64,000 nt of DNA from an uncultured Phycisphaerales bacterium (GTDB lineage Bacteria > Planctomycetota > Phycisphaerae > Tepidisphaerales > Tepidisphaeraceae). The translations under genes were made by a program, and so were the position numbers. Every line of letters starts with the position of its first letter. Within the stretch, counting starts at the first letter, position 1. The notes under the pieces were generated by a model. The model was not told the DNA's origin, made no database searches, and saw only the letters and a program-made list of their open reading frames with translations. Below, one piece after another: positions 21,246 through 32,402 of this stretch. Where the stretch lies: positions 1,728,001 to 1,792,000 of the forward strand of contig CAVWLP010000002.1 in assembly GCA_963755915.1 (NCBI GenBank). The letters run 5' to 3'.

Positions 21246-22219
21246 CTAAAAATTCTTCCGCAAATCCATCCCCGCATACAGATACCCGACTTCATCAGCG
21301 TAGCCGTTAAACATCAGCGTCGGCCGCTCGCCAACGCCGATGCGCCGTTCCGTCGCCTGGCTCCAGCGCGGGTGATCCACGTTCGGATTGACGTTGGCGT
21401 AAAAGCCGTATTCGTCGGGCGCGACAATGTTCCACGTCGTGGACGGCATATCCGCCTGAAGCGTGATCTTTACGATCGACTTAATCCCCTTGAACCCATA
21501 CTTCCACGGCACCACCAGCCGAACAGGCGCCCCGTCCTGAGGCGGAAGCTGCTTGCCATATATTCCGCTGGCAAGAATCGTCAGCGGATGCATCGCCTCG
21601 TCCATGCGCAGCCCTTCGACGTAAGGCCACGGAAGCCCGTCGCCGGATTGATTGGGAAACCGCCCGGGGTCGAGTAGCGATTGAAACCCGACATATTTTG
21701 CCGAGCTGAGCGGCTGCACGTGCTCGAGAACCTTCGACAGCGAAAACCCGTCCCATGGAATCACCATCGACCATGCCTCGACACACCGCATGCGATAAAC
21801 CCGCTCCTCGATCCGGGCGATCTTCAGCAAATCATCGATGTCGAAAGTCGCCGGCTTCGAGCAAAGCCCGCCCACGGCCACCTGCCACGGCCGGCTGACG
21901 AATCCAGCAGCAGCGTCCGCCACCGCTTCCTTCTCAAATGAAAACTCATAGAAATTGTTGTAATGCGTGATGTCTTGGAAGCTGGTAAGGGCTTCGCTCG
22001 TCGCAAACCCCGCGGTGTTCAGGCCGCCCGGCGCGTGGTGGCGGCGGGGATGGCGATGTCACCGATCGGCGCGAAAGCCCCCGCTTTGGGCGCAATTGGA
22101 TTGAGCTTGCGATAAACCCACCCCGTCGCCGATACCGACGCCGCCAGCACGCCGGCGCGGAGAAAGTTCCGGCGGTTGAGATACAGACGCTCGTCGGTAA
22201 TCTCGTCGGTAGCCGCCAT
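21246..22219 (-). CDS. msrP: Methionine sulfoxide reductase catalytic subunit MsrP (frameshift near 22031)
   Basis: [15 protein letters not shown] Tat signal; [45 protein letters not shown]. Confidence 0.96.
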
Positions 22220-22270
22220 ATTGGAATTCTACGCGTGAATTCGCCAAATAGATGCTAAAATACCCTGGCC

Positions 22271-23465
22271 CTAAGCCGCTTCCAGACGATTGCGTTGCGT
22301 TCCCCCGGAGTCAGGCAAAAATTTCGACAGCACCACAATCAAAACCCCCGGCACCATAAAAACCATCTTCTCATCCGCAAATCCCAGCCAATACATCGGC
22401 GCCGCCACCACGATCGCCGTCACCACCCGCAGCATCGACCTTCTGGGCGGCACGATCCTCAGCCAGACGATGGCTGGAAACACCAGTCCGTAAAACCCCA
22501 GGAATCCCCGGTAAATGAGTTCCCCGAGCTCGATTCCGTTGTAAGAAAACTGTCCCCACTGCCAAACCCCCAGTCCCACCGCGATCAGCAGTATGAGCCC
22601 AAAGACCAGAAAATGTCCAAACGACGGCCGCCGATCCCCCGGCGAAATCTGCCGGACATGCAGCGCCACCGTCAGGCAGCTCTGCACGATGAGGTGGACC
22701 GCCAGGATCATCGCCACCTGCGGATTGCGCCGGATCGAACGCGATAAACCAGCCGCTGTATCCCACCGTGATCGCAAGCATCAGCGTGAAGAGGATTCCA
22801 AATCCAAACGCAAACGCCGCCCGGGCCTCGGTGCGCGGCATCGCCTGTCGTGCCGCGTGAAATGTCATGTCCAGAAATGGGCAGCAGAGAAAACCAAAGA
22901 TCCAGACCGGCGCCAGCCAGAGATTGTTGATGGGATCGAGCCGCATTGCTCCGACCGGATGTGCCAGATACGGGAGATCTTTGCGCCAGATTCCCCAGGC
23001 CATCACGACAATCGAAATCAGCAGCGCCATCGCGGGCGCCAGAAAATTCCCGCCCTTTTTCCAGTGCAGCATCACCCAGAAACAAAAAAACACCGCGGCC
23101 ATCGCCGGCCCGGCACTGGGGCCGATAAGCCATCGAATCATCCACGCCGCGAAAAACGCGTGATAGGCGATCGTGATCAGCGAAAACCACACAAACGACG
23201 CCCGATTTTCCTCGATCATCCGCCGGCTCTCATCCGCCCCGCGGATGATCCATCCCATCGCGGCCGCGCCGACAATATTGGGCACCGCAAAGAAAATGAC
23301 CCCGGTAATCCCCAGCTCGCGCATCAGCAGCACCGGCAAAAACATGCCGATGCACCACGTCCACGACATCGCAAGATAAACCGCCCATCCCCCAGTTCGC
23401 GCGACCGTTTGCGCGACCGTTCCCCCCACCGACTTCAGTCCGCCGTTTGTCGAAATATCGCTCAC
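22271..23465 (-). CDS. Multi-pass membrane protein, possibly solute:sodium symporter-like (frameshift near 22727)
   Basis: AMSWTWCIGMFLP, AVPNIVGAAAMG; about 13 hydrophobic segments over ORFs 22371-23465 and 22271-22777. Confidence 0.7.
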
Positions 23466-23469
23466 GAAT

Positions 23470-24117
23470 TTACAGGCTCTGGCTCAACTCGGCCGCCGCC
23501 CGCTGCCGCGCCTTCTTCAGCTTATGCTGAATCTTCGGCGTGACGTGAAACGTCGCCTCGCATCGCCCCACGCGCTTGTCCTTCTCCCCGATCGTCGATA
23601 CCTGCTGCAGAATCTCCAGGTCCAGCGTCACATTAAATTCCTGCCCGGTCTCCAGCATCTGCCGAATATTCTCCCGCGGCGTCATCCGATAAACCGCCGG
23701 CCCAAAACACGGCCGCATGAACGTATATTCCAAATGCTTGCAAACCACCGTGTAATCCCCCCCGCAAATCCCAAACACATACATCCCCCCGGCAATCTCG
23801 CTGTTCGCCAAAAGCGCCCCGCCGGCCATCGCCCGGTACCAGTTCCGGTTAAACCTTCTGAACGGCAACACCGCCGCGTAAGTGTCGGCCGACATGGCGG
23901 TGATCTTGATGCCGCTGAAGAATGCGTAAGGCAGCCAGATCAGCGAACAGATCCGATGCCAGAAGTTGTCGCGAACCGACAATCGGCTGACAAACGCTTC
24001 GATCCGGTCGTACAAGCGCGAAAGTCGCCCGCTGGGAATCCGCGACGCAATCGGCCGCGCCTCTTCCGTGGCCTCCGTTGCCTTAACATTGCTTGTTGGT
24101 ATCGGTAGTGTACTCAT
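23470..24117 (-). CDS. Hotdog-fold / thioesterase-like protein (DUF4442-like)
   Basis: FSGIKIT...LPFRRFNRNWYRAMAGGALLA...LEYTFMRP. Confidence 0.65.
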   Translation of the reverse strand: MSTLPIPTSNVKATEATEEARPIASRIPSGRLSRLYDRIEAFVSRLSVRDNFWHRICSLIWLPYAFFSGIKITAMSADTYAAVLPFRRFNRNWYRAMAGGALLANSEIAGGMYVFGICGGDYTVVCKHLEYTFMRPCFGPAVYRMTPRENIRQMLETGQEFNVTLDLEILQQVSTIGEKDKRVGRCEATFHVTPKIQHKLKKARQRAAAELSQSL

Positions 24118-24227
24118 TCAAAACAGCGGCAAATGGCTGGCTGAATCATAGGGAGGGCCAATGTCTCACGCAACCGCGAGGGCCACCCTAAGCCTTCATG
24201 CCCAGGGCAATCGCATCTTCCCTCTTA

Positions 24228-24268
24228 CCCCCTCGCCCGGTACTCCGGGAGAGGGTTGGGGTGAGGGC
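24228..24268. repeat. REP-like palindrome family A
   Basis: ccccctcgcccggtactccgggagagggttggggtgagggc. Confidence 0.85.
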
Positions 24269-24305
24269 AGTGAAAGAATTTTGGGCCATACGCGACTGCC
24301 TGCCT

Positions 24306-25559
24306 TCACGCCGGATGATATGCCTGCTCGATCAGGTCAGCGGTCTGCCCAATCGGATTGCCCGCCCGTAACTTTTCGCGAATCGACACACACGCCTCCC
24401 CCCGCGACCCATCAATGATTTCTCCCAGCGCCCGCGCCGCCCGCTCCCCCGAAAATCGCCTCGCGGCAACGATTTCCCCCACCCCCAACCGCTTCAATCT
24501 CTCCGCATTATCAAACTGATCATGCGCCATCGGCACCGCCAGATGCGGCACACCCGCCGCCAAACCCTGCGCCGATGTCCCAATCCCTCCATGATGCACC
24601 ACCGCCGCGCATTTCGGAAACACCCGGCTGAACGGCGCATACTCCACATACCGAATCCCTGCCGGCAGATTCCCCGGCACATTCTCCGCATGCCGCGAAA
24701 GCAGCAATCCCCGCCGCCCCAGCATCACGCACGTCTTCACCGCCTCCTCAAAAAATCGGTCCCCATGCTTCATCGCGCTCCCCGCCGTAAACGCGATCGC
24801 CGCCTCCCCCTCATTCAAAAATCTCTCCAGCCCCTCATCCACCGGCGCGATATCCGCCTCGTCATAAAGCGGAAACCCCGTCAGCACCGTCTGCTTCGGC
24901 CAATCGGCCGCGGGCGCCGCAAACCACTCCGGAAAGAGTCCAATCACCCGATCCGGCGAATGAATCCACCCCCCCATGATCCGCGTCACCGGCTTCAGCC
25001 CCACCTTCGCCCGAAACGCATTCACCGGCGTCGCTATTGCCGGATCGATTGCCAGCCGATCCGCGAGCCAATAGGTGAGCCGATTTCCCCATTCCGGCAC
25101 CCAATCCGCAACGGGAAGGGGGGGTGTCTTGGCCGGACGAATCGCACTCCGAAACACCGCCGGCTGCAAATGCACCGACACCGCCGGGATCCCCATCACC
25201 TCCTGCGCCACCCGTCCCGCCACCGCCAGCGTCGACAAAACCAACACCGTCCTCCCTGGCACATAATTCTTCAGGATCGCCTCATAACACGGCCCCATCA
25301 TTTCCCCCACACCTTCCGCCACCACCTGAAACCCCCGCACCGGCCGCCACAATTCCGGTCGCGCCGACATCTTTTCAAACTGCTCAATAGTTCCGATCGC
25401 TGCAAACTCCAATCCCACCGCCCGCGCCAGCTCCTCAAACATCGCCGGCAAAATCACGCACACCTCATTGCCCCGCCGCTTCAGTTCCCTCCCGATTGCC
25501 AGAAACGGATGGACATCGCCATGACTCCCGAGGGCGACGATGAGAATTCGAAGGGACAT
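24306..25559 (-). CDS. GT1 glycosyltransferase (RhlB-like)
   Basis: LGSHGDVHPF, VLTGFPLYD, VVHHGGIGT, PMAHDQFDNA. Confidence 0.93.
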   Translation of the reverse strand: MSLRILIVALGSHGDVHPFLAIGRELKRRGNEVCVILPAMFEELARAVGLEFAAIGTIEQFEKMSARPELWRPVRGFQVVAEGVGEMMGPCYEAILKNYVPGRTVLVLSTLAVAGRVAQEVMGIPAVSVHLQPAVFRSAIRPAKTPPLPVADWVPEWGNRLTYWLADRLAIDPAIATPVNAFRAKVGLKPVTRIMGGWIHSPDRVIGLFPEWFAAPAADWPKQTVLTGFPLYDEADIAPVDEGLERFLNEGEAAIAFTAGSAMKHGDRFFEEAVKTCVMLGRRGLLLSRHAENVPGNLPAGIRYVEYAPFSRVFPKCAAVVHHGGIGTSAQGLAAGVPHLAVPMAHDQFDNAERLKRLGVGEIVAARRFSGERAARALGEIIDGSRGEACVSIREKLRAGNPIGQTADLIEQAYHPA

Positions 25560-25572
25560 TGGAGTGAATCAT

Positions 25573-25647
25573 AATGCCGAATGCCGATTGCCAAATGCCG
25601 AATGAAAAATGCGGCGGTTTTCGTTCGGCATTTGGCAATCGGCATTC
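25573..25647. repeat. Inverted heptamer-repeat hairpin (AATGCCG/CGGCATT units)
   Basis: aatgccg-aatgccg-attgcca-aatgccg-aatgaaa ... tttcgtt-cggcatt-tggcaat-cggcatt. Confidence 0.88.
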
Positions 25648-25657
25648 CCCCCTCCCC

Positions 25658-25686
25658 TTGCATCCCATCTCCCCCATTCATAGACT
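25658..25686 (+). promoter_or_regulatory. Putative sigma70 promoter of nuoJ-N
   Basis: TTGCAT-N17-TAGACT upstream of nuoJ. Confidence 0.5.
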
Positions 25687-25727
25687 TTGCGCCCTCCCCG
25701 GCTCTAAAAACCGGTGAGATGTTTTAA

Positions 25728-26642
25728 ATGCTTGCAATCGCTTCAACATTGGCTGCCGCTCCTGACGCCGGCGCGACGAACTTCTACCTCATCGAGCCGA
25801 TGATCATCCTCCTGCTTTGCGTGGTAGGGGGGGTCGCGACGATGTTTTTCCTCCCCGGACCCAGGCAAGCCCCCAAGCTCGGCGGGTTTATGCTTACCGT
25901 CGCCGGCATCGCCTTTGCCCTGATACTCCTCCGCGTCGCGGCAGGGCCTGCCAATTCGACCGTCGGACCCTATTTCTGGATTTTCTCCGCCATCGCCCTC
26001 GTTGGCGCCGTTCGCGTGATTACCCATCCCCGGCCGGTTTATTCCGCCCTCTATTTCGTCCTCACTATATTTGCCAGCGCCGGCCTGTTCATTCTCCTAC
26101 ACGCCGAATTCATGGCGGCCGCACTCGTGCTCATCTACGCCGGGGCGATTCTAATCACCTATGTTTTCGTGATTATGCTTGCCGCCTCCGCCCAAACCAC
26201 GGGCCACGGCTCCCTCGCGGGCTTAGCTGAGTGCGACACCGTCTCCCGCGACCCCTTCGCCGCCTCCTGCGTCGGCTTCGCCCTCATGGGCGTCCTGCTC
26301 TTCGTCATTTTCGATAAATCCGATCCGGCTCCTCCCCTAAGCCCAACCCCGCCGGACATTGCCATCATGCCCGAGGAGCTGGTTCACGGCTCCACCCAAT
26401 CCATCGGGCAATATCTCTTTCAGGACCAGACGGTTAATCTCGAGCTTGCCGGGCTTATTCTCACCATCAGCATGGTCGGCGCGATCGTGATCGCCCGCCG
26501 GCGCGTCACCGACGTCGACCAGGCCTACGAGCCCAGCTCAGAGGCCATCACCGCGACAGCGACGCCGGTCAACGACGATCCGCACAGCATCCCGGTTTAC
26601 GGAACCACCAACCCCAAGCAAAAGGCCTTTCCGGAGCGATGA
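25728..26642 (+). CDS. nuoJ: NADH-quinone oxidoreductase subunit J (extended)
   Basis: PVYSALYF, AEFMAAALVLIYAGAILITYVFVIML, ELAGLILTISMVGAIVIAR. Confidence 0.93.
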   Translation: MLAIASTLAAAPDAGATNFYLIEPMIILLLCVVGGVATMFFLPGPRQAPKLGGFMLTVAGIAFALILLRVAAGPANSTVGPYFWIFSAIALVGAVRVITHPRPVYSALYFVLTIFASAGLFILLHAEFMAAALVLIYAGAILITYVFVIMLAASAQTTGHGSLAGLAECDTVSRDPFAASCVGFALMGVLLFVIFDKSDPAPPLSPTPPDIAIMPEELVHGSTQSIGQYLFQDQTVNLELAGLILTISMVGAIVIARRRVTDVDQAYEPSSEAITATATPVNDDPHSIPVYGTTNPKQKAFPER

Positions 26643-26947
26643 GCCCTATCGAGCTTCAACATTATCTGGCCGTCGGGGCAATCATGTTCGTGATCGGCCT
26701 CATCGGCTTCATCACCCGCCGAAACCTCATCGTCATCTTCCTCTGCACAGAACTCATGTTCCAGGGCGTGCTGATTAATCTTATTGCCTTCAGCAGATAC
26801 TCCGGCAACCTGGCGGGCCAGGCATTTGTGATTTTCGTCCTCGTCATCGCCGCCTCGGAGGCCTCTTTGGCGCTCGGCCTCGTCGTCCTCCTCTTCCGTC
26901 AGAAAAATACTCTCGACGCCGACGCCTGGCGGGAATTGAAGTGGTGA
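26639..26947 (+). CDS. nuoK: NADH-quinone oxidoreductase subunit K
   Basis: RRNLIVIFLCTELM, GQAFVIFVLVIAASEA. Confidence 0.96.
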   Translation: MSPIELQHYLAVGAIMFVIGLIGFITRRNLIVIFLCTELMFQGVLINLIAFSRYSGNLAGQAFVIFVLVIAASEASLALGLVVLLFRQKNTLDADAWRELKW

Positions 26948-26969
26948 TACAGCTCATTTTGGTAAGGGA

Positions 26970-29071
26970 ATGGAAGCACTCTTCGCAGCAAAATTTTCAT
27001 ACCTGATCCCCCTCCTGCCCCTCATCGGCGCGGCCATCGCGGGATTCTCGGCGCACAAATGGCTCCATGGCCAATCCCACTGGCCGATCTGGATCGGCGT
27101 CGGCCTCAGTGCCGTAATCTCGCTTTCGCTCCTCTTCGGAATGCTCGGCCTCTGGCACGACGGCAAACCCCTCTCCATCGTCATCGACTGGTACACTTGG
27201 ATCGAAGCCGGCTCCTTCAAAGCCACCGCGGGCTGCTTCTTCGATCCCCTCACTGCCGTCATGCTCAGCGTCGTCACCGGCATCGGCTTCCTTATCACCG
27301 TCTACGCCGCCGGGTACATGAAAGGCGAGGAAGGCTATTTCCGCTTCTTCGCCTATCTGGGCATTTTCATCTTCTCCATGACCTGCCTGGTCATGGGCAA
27401 CAACTTCATCATGCTCTATCTCGGCTGGGAGGGCGTCGGACTCTGCTCCTACCTCCTCATCGGCTACTACTACGACAAACCCAGCGCCCGCGAAGCCGCC
27501 AAGAAAGCCTTCATCACCACCCGCGTCGGCGATTTCGGCTTCGGCCTTGGCATCATGCTCATCTGGTTCGCCTTCGGCACCGTCAGCTACTTCGGAACCG
27601 GCGTCGGCACCCACACCGGCGTCCTCGAACTCGCGACCCTGCCGCTAGACCAGCTCGCCAACATCCCCGGCGTCAACGCCTCCCTCGTCCCCTCCGCCAT
27701 GAAGTGGATCCCCTTCCTCCTCATGCTCGGCGCCTTCGGTAAATCCGCACAATTCCCCCTCTACGTCTGGCTCCCCGACGCCATGGAAGGCCCCACCCCC
27801 GTCTCCGCCCTCATCCACGCCGCCACCATGGTCACCGCCGGCGTCTACATGATCGCCCGCTGCGGCACGCTCTTCGTCACCAATGGCAACGCGATGACCA
27901 CCATCGCCTGCATCGGCGCGTTCACCAGCCTCCTCGCCGCCACCATCGCCTTCGCCAGTTCGACATTAAAAAGGTCTTCGCCTACAGCACCATCAGCCAG
28001 CTCGGGTTCATGTTCGTCGCCGTCGGCTGCTTTTCCCCCGTTGCCGGCGTCTTCCACCTCGTCACCCACGCCTTCTTCAAGGCCCTCCTCTTCCTCTGCT
28101 GCGGCGTCGTCATGCACGCCATGCTCGGTGAACTCGATATGCGAAAAATGTCCGGCCTCAAGGCCGTCCTTCCCAAAACCCGCTGGCTCATCCTCATCGG
28201 CTGCTTCGCCCTCTCCGGCTTCCCATTCTTCAGCGGCTTCTTCTCTAAGGACCAGATCGTCGACGCCGCCTTCGCCCGAAACAATTTCCTCGGCCTCTTC
28301 ATGCTCGGCGTCGCCTTCATGACCGCCTACTACACCTTCCGCCTCTATTTCCGCGTCTTCGAAGGCCCCCTCGTCCTCCCCCCTCCTCCAGAGCCGGCCC
28401 CGCACGCCCCCGATCCCCACGGCCATTCAGACGAACATGCCCACGATTCCCATGGTCATGACGCCCACGAGCACGAACATCACAATCACGAGCCCATGCT
28501 CATGATCGCTCCCCTCTTCTTCCTCGCCATCGGCGCACTCTTTGCCGGCTACATCAATTTCCCCGCAACCCCCTTCGGCCAGTTCCTCGGCAAGAGCCCC
28601 TCCCTGATTAACGCATACAACATGGTCCAGGGCGCCGCCGGCATTCCCGAAGGCATTGCCAATTCCATGGGCCAGAGCGATGAATCTGAAAAAGTTCACT
28701 TGCTCATGATCCTGAGCGGAGTTATTTCCGCTTTTGGAATCGCACTCGCCTGGTACCTTCACCTCGCAAACCGCACCCTCGGCGACGAAATCCCCCAGCG
28801 CTTCGCGCCCCTTTCCCGTCTCATCGAAAATAAGTTCTACGTCGACGAAATCTACCAGGCCTGCATCATCGAGCCTCTCCGAACCCTCGGAAACATCCTC
28901 TACAACTTCGACCGCTGGGTCATCGACATGCTCGTCAACGCCGCCGGCTGGATTTGCCAGCTCGTCGGCTATTTCCTCAAGTTCACCACCCAGCGCGGCT
29001 ACCTCCAGGGATACGCCGGCGCAATGATCCTCTGCCTCGCGGCAATCCTTCTCCTGATCTTCATGCACTGA
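26970..29071 (+). CDS. nuoL: NADH-quinone oxidoreductase subunit L (frameshift near 27953)
   Basis: GWEGVGLCSYLLIG, GKSAQFPLYVWLPDAMEGPTPVSALIHAATMV, HAFFKALLFL. Confidence 0.96.
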
Positions 29072-29072
29072 T

Positions 29073-30725
29073 ATGAGCCCAACCCTGATCATCCTCCTGC
29101 TCCTCCCAGCCGCCGGCGCTCTCATCGGCGCCTTCATCCCCGTCGCCGCCGCCAAAACCTGGGCGTTGCTCGTCAGCCTGGCCACGCTTCTTGTCGCCTT
29201 CATCGCCCTCTGCTCGTTCCATTTCGACGCGCCCGGCTTTCAGCTTGCTTTCGATAACGCCGCCCTCGCCCTGCCTGTCCACGCCTCCTTCTCCCTCGGC
29301 ATCGACGGCATCAGCCTTTGGCTCGTTCTCCTCACAGCTTTGCTGATGCCCTGCGCCATCGCCGCCAGCTTCGAGAGCATCAAGGACCGCCCCCGCGAAT
29401 ATTACGCCTGGATGCTCCTGCTCCAGTGCGCCATGCTCGGCGTCTTCGTCGCCCGCGACATCCTCGTCTTCTACATCTTCTTCGAACTCACCCTCGTCCC
29501 CATGTTCTTCATCATCGGCATCTGGGGCGGACCCTCGCGCCGCGACGCTGCCGGTAAATTCTTCCTCTTCACCTTCACCGGCTCCCTCTTCACCCTCGCC
29601 GGAGCGGTCTATCTCGGCTACCACGCCGGAACCTTCGACATCCAGGCAATCGTCGAATACGCCCGCACCTCGCTCACTCCCACCGAGCGCTATTGGGTCC
29701 TCCTCTCCCTCATCGCCGGCTTCGCCGTCAAGGTGCCCCTTTTCCCCGTCCACACCTGGCTCCCCCTCGCCCACACCGAAGCCCCCACGGCCGGCAGCGT
29801 TATCCTTGCCGGCGTCCTCCTGAAGCTCGGCACCTATGGCCTCATCCGCCTCGCCGTACCCATTGGCCTCCTCGCCGCCGACTCTTCCGTCACTTTCCCC
29901 GGCGTCATTCATTTCCTCGGCGTCCTCTCCGTCATCGGCGTCATCTACGGCGCCCTCGTCGCCTGGGTCCAGCAGGACATCAAAAAACTCGTCGCCTACA
30001 GCTCCGTCTCCCACCTCGGCTTCTGCGTGCTGGGAATGATGGCCCTCAATCTCCACGGCCTCGAAGGCTCCGTCCTCTACATGCTTAACCACGGCCTCAG
30101 CACCGGCGCAATGTTCCTCGTCATCGGCATGATCTACGAGCGCTACCACACCCGCGACATCAACCAGCTCTCCGGACTCGCCCGCCGAATGCCCATCATG
30201 GCCTTCTTCTTCGTCTTCTTCACCCTCGCCAGCATCGGCCTCCCCGGCCTCAACGGCTTCGTCAGCGAGTTCCTCACGATATTCGGCGCCTTCACCAGCC
30301 CCCACCTGGGCGTCGTCTACGGCTCCTTCGCCGCCCTCGGCATCATCCTTGGCGCCGTCTACATGCTCCACATGACCGCCCGCGTCATCTTCGGCCCCCT
30401 CAAAACACCCGAACTCCACGGCGAACACGCCCACGAAACCCCAGGCGACATCGGCCCCCGCGAAATCGCCATCCTCATCCCCCTCGCCATCGCCGTCGCC
30501 TACCTCGGCGTCTACCCCTCCGGCGTCCTCCGCTCCATGAATAACCCCCTGAACTACATGACCCAGCCGATCACAACTTCCGAAGCCAGAAATCAGATAC
30601 ACCAACCAATCCCGAAAACTCAATTGACGAATTCCCCCTCTTCCCCCTCCCCTTGTACTCCGGGGGAGGGCAGGGGTGGGGGCCGTCTTCAAGCGTGGCA
30701 ACGCTCTCGAAGCCGACTCGAATGA
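29073..30725 (+). CDS. nuoM: NADH-quinone oxidoreductase subunit M
   Basis: FFELTLVPM, VKVPLFPVHTWLPLAHTEAP, KKLVAYSSVSHLG; C-terminal tail reads through a REP. Confidence 0.96.
   Translation: MSPTLIILLLLPAAGALIGAFIPVAAAKTWALLVSLATLLVAFIALCSFHFDAPGFQLAFDNAALALPVHASFSLGIDGISLWLVLLTALLMPCAIAASFESIKDRPREYYAWMLLLQCAMLGVFVARDILVFYIFFELTLVPMFFIIGIWGGPSRRDAAGKFFLFTFTGSLFTLAGAVYLGYHAGTFDIQAIVEYARTSLTPTERYWVLLSLIAGFAVKVPLFPVHTWLPLAHTEAPTAGSVILAGVLLKLGTYGLIRLAVPIGLLAADSSVTFPGVIHFLGVLSVIGVIYGALVAWVQQDIKKLVAYSSVSHLGFCVLGMMALNLHGLEGSVLYMLNHGLSTGAMFLVIGMIYERYHTRDINQLSGLARRMPIMAFFFVFFTLASIGLPGLNGFVSEFLTIFGAFTSPHLGVVYGSFAALGIILGAVYMLHMTARVIFGPLKTPELHGEHAHETPGDIGPREIAILIPLAIAVAYLGVYPSGVLRSMNNPLNYMTQPITTSEARNQIHQPIPKTQLTNSPSSPSPCTPGEGRGGGRLQAWQRSRSRLE
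30643..30683. repeat. REP-like palindrome family A within the nuoM 3' end
   Basis: ccccctccccttgtactccgggggagggcaggggtgggggc. Confidence 0.8.
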
Positions 30726-30753
30726 ATCCAATTTTGATGGCGGGGGCCAGTCA

Positions 30754-32343
30754 ATGAGCGAACTCCTCACCGCCATGTTCCCCGAGATCCTCCTCTGCGC
30801 AGTCGCCTGCGTCCTCATCCTCATGGGCGTCTCCTTCAAGCCCGCCGTTCGCCGCGCCGCCCCGATTCTCTCCATCATCGCTCTCTTCATCGCCGCCGTC
30901 TCCCAGCTTTCCCCCATCGCCGGCAACGCCCCGCGCTTCGACCTCCACTGGTACACCGTCCACGTCTATGAATTCGCCCGCTACGTCAAAATCCTCTCCT
31001 CCGGCATGGGCATTCTCCTCGTCCTGCTCGTCTGGCCCTCCAACCGCGACGCCACCGGCGGCCCAGCCCACAACTTCGCCTCCGAAGCCTCCGAATTCTT
31101 CGCCCTCATGCTCCTCTCCATCGCCGGCATCTTCATCATCGCCAGCGCCAACGACATCATGCTCCTCTTCCTCGGCTTCGAACTGGCCAGCATCCCCACC
31201 TACATCATGGTCAGCATCTCCCGCCCCCAAACCACCGCCCATGAAGCCGGCGTCAAATATTTCTTCCTCGGCGCGATGGCCTCCGCGCTGCTTCTCTTCG
31301 GCCTAAGCTATCTCTACGGAATGACCGGCACCACCCGGCTCGACCTCATCACCGACAATGCCGTCCCGGCCGCCGGCCTCTCCCCCTGGCTCATGCTCGC
31401 CGTCGTCATGATCATCGCCGGCCTCGCCTTCAAAATGGCCATCGTCCCCATGCACTTCTACGCCGGCGACGTCTACCAGGGCGCCGCAACCCCCGTCACC
31501 GCCTTCCTCAGCTTCGTCCCCAAGATCAGCGGTTTCGCGGCCCTCCTGAAAATCCTCTTCGCCGTCACCGGCGGCACCTGGCATATCGACCACCAGATCG
31601 TGAAGCTGATGTGGGTTCTCGCCGCCCTCACCATGACCGTCGGCAACGTCCTGGGCCTCGTCCAGATCAACGTCAAACGCGTCCTCGCCTACAGCTCCAT
31701 TGCCCACAGCGGCTACATGCTCGTCGGCGTCACCGCCCTCCTCAGTTCCAGCAGCTACGACGTCCAGACCTCCGCCCTCCAGGGCATCCTCTTCTATCTC
31801 GCCGCCTACGGCCTGACCAACGTAGCCGCCTTCGGCGTGCTGATCCTCCTCCCCGCACGGTCCCCCCAGACCGCCGCCAGCGCCGAAACCTTTGACGACC
31901 TCGCCGGCCTCGGACGCGAGCACACCCTCCTCGGCCTCGCCATGGCCGTCGCCTGCTTCAGCCTCATCGGCATCCCCCTCACCATCGGCTTCATCGGAAA
32001 ACTCTTCCTGATCCTGCCCGCGTGGAAGGCCAACCTCACCTGGCTCGTCGTGATCCTCGTCATCAACGCCGCCATCAGCGCCGGCTACTATCTGCGAATC
32101 ATCGGCGCCCTCTTCCTGGCCTCCGAATCCTCCGGCCCGCGCTTCCAGCAGCCCCCGCGCCAGGAGGATCATCCCATCCACCACCCCATGCCCGTGCTGA
32201 TAGCGGTCGGCGTGGCGATGGTCGCCGTCCTCTGGCTCGGAACTATCTGGCCGAGCACCACCCGCCTGGCCAACCGCGCCGCCGAAGGCGCCCAGATCGA
32301 ACCCCCCGCCAAGCCCGCCGTCGCCGCGGCAGCACAAAATTAA
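30754..32343 (+). CDS. nuoN: NADH-quinone oxidoreductase subunit N
   Basis: EAGVKYFFLG, FKMAIVPMHFYAGDVYQGA, KRVLAYSSIAHSGY. Confidence 0.95.
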   Translation: MSELLTAMFPEILLCAVACVLILMGVSFKPAVRRAAPILSIIALFIAAVSQLSPIAGNAPRFDLHWYTVHVYEFARYVKILSSGMGILLVLLVWPSNRDATGGPAHNFASEASEFFALMLLSIAGIFIIASANDIMLLFLGFELASIPTYIMVSISRPQTTAHEAGVKYFFLGAMASALLLFGLSYLYGMTGTTRLDLITDNAVPAAGLSPWLMLAVVMIIAGLAFKMAIVPMHFYAGDVYQGAATPVTAFLSFVPKISGFAALLKILFAVTGGTWHIDHQIVKLMWVLAALTMTVGNVLGLVQINVKRVLAYSSIAHSGYMLVGVTALLSSSSYDVQTSALQGILFYLAAYGLTNVAAFGVLILLPARSPQTAASAETFDDLAGLGREHTLLGLAMAVACFSLIGIPLTIGFIGKLFLILPAWKANLTWLVVILVINAAISAGYYLRIIGALFLASESSGPRFQQPPRQEDHPIHHPMPVLIAVGVAMVAVLWLGTIWPSTTRLANRAAEGAQIEPPAKPAVAAAAQN

Positions 32344-32402
32344 AAACCCACCGTCGGCATCAGTCGAACCGCGCCAAGAATTAAAGCGGGAATAAAAAAG
32401 CG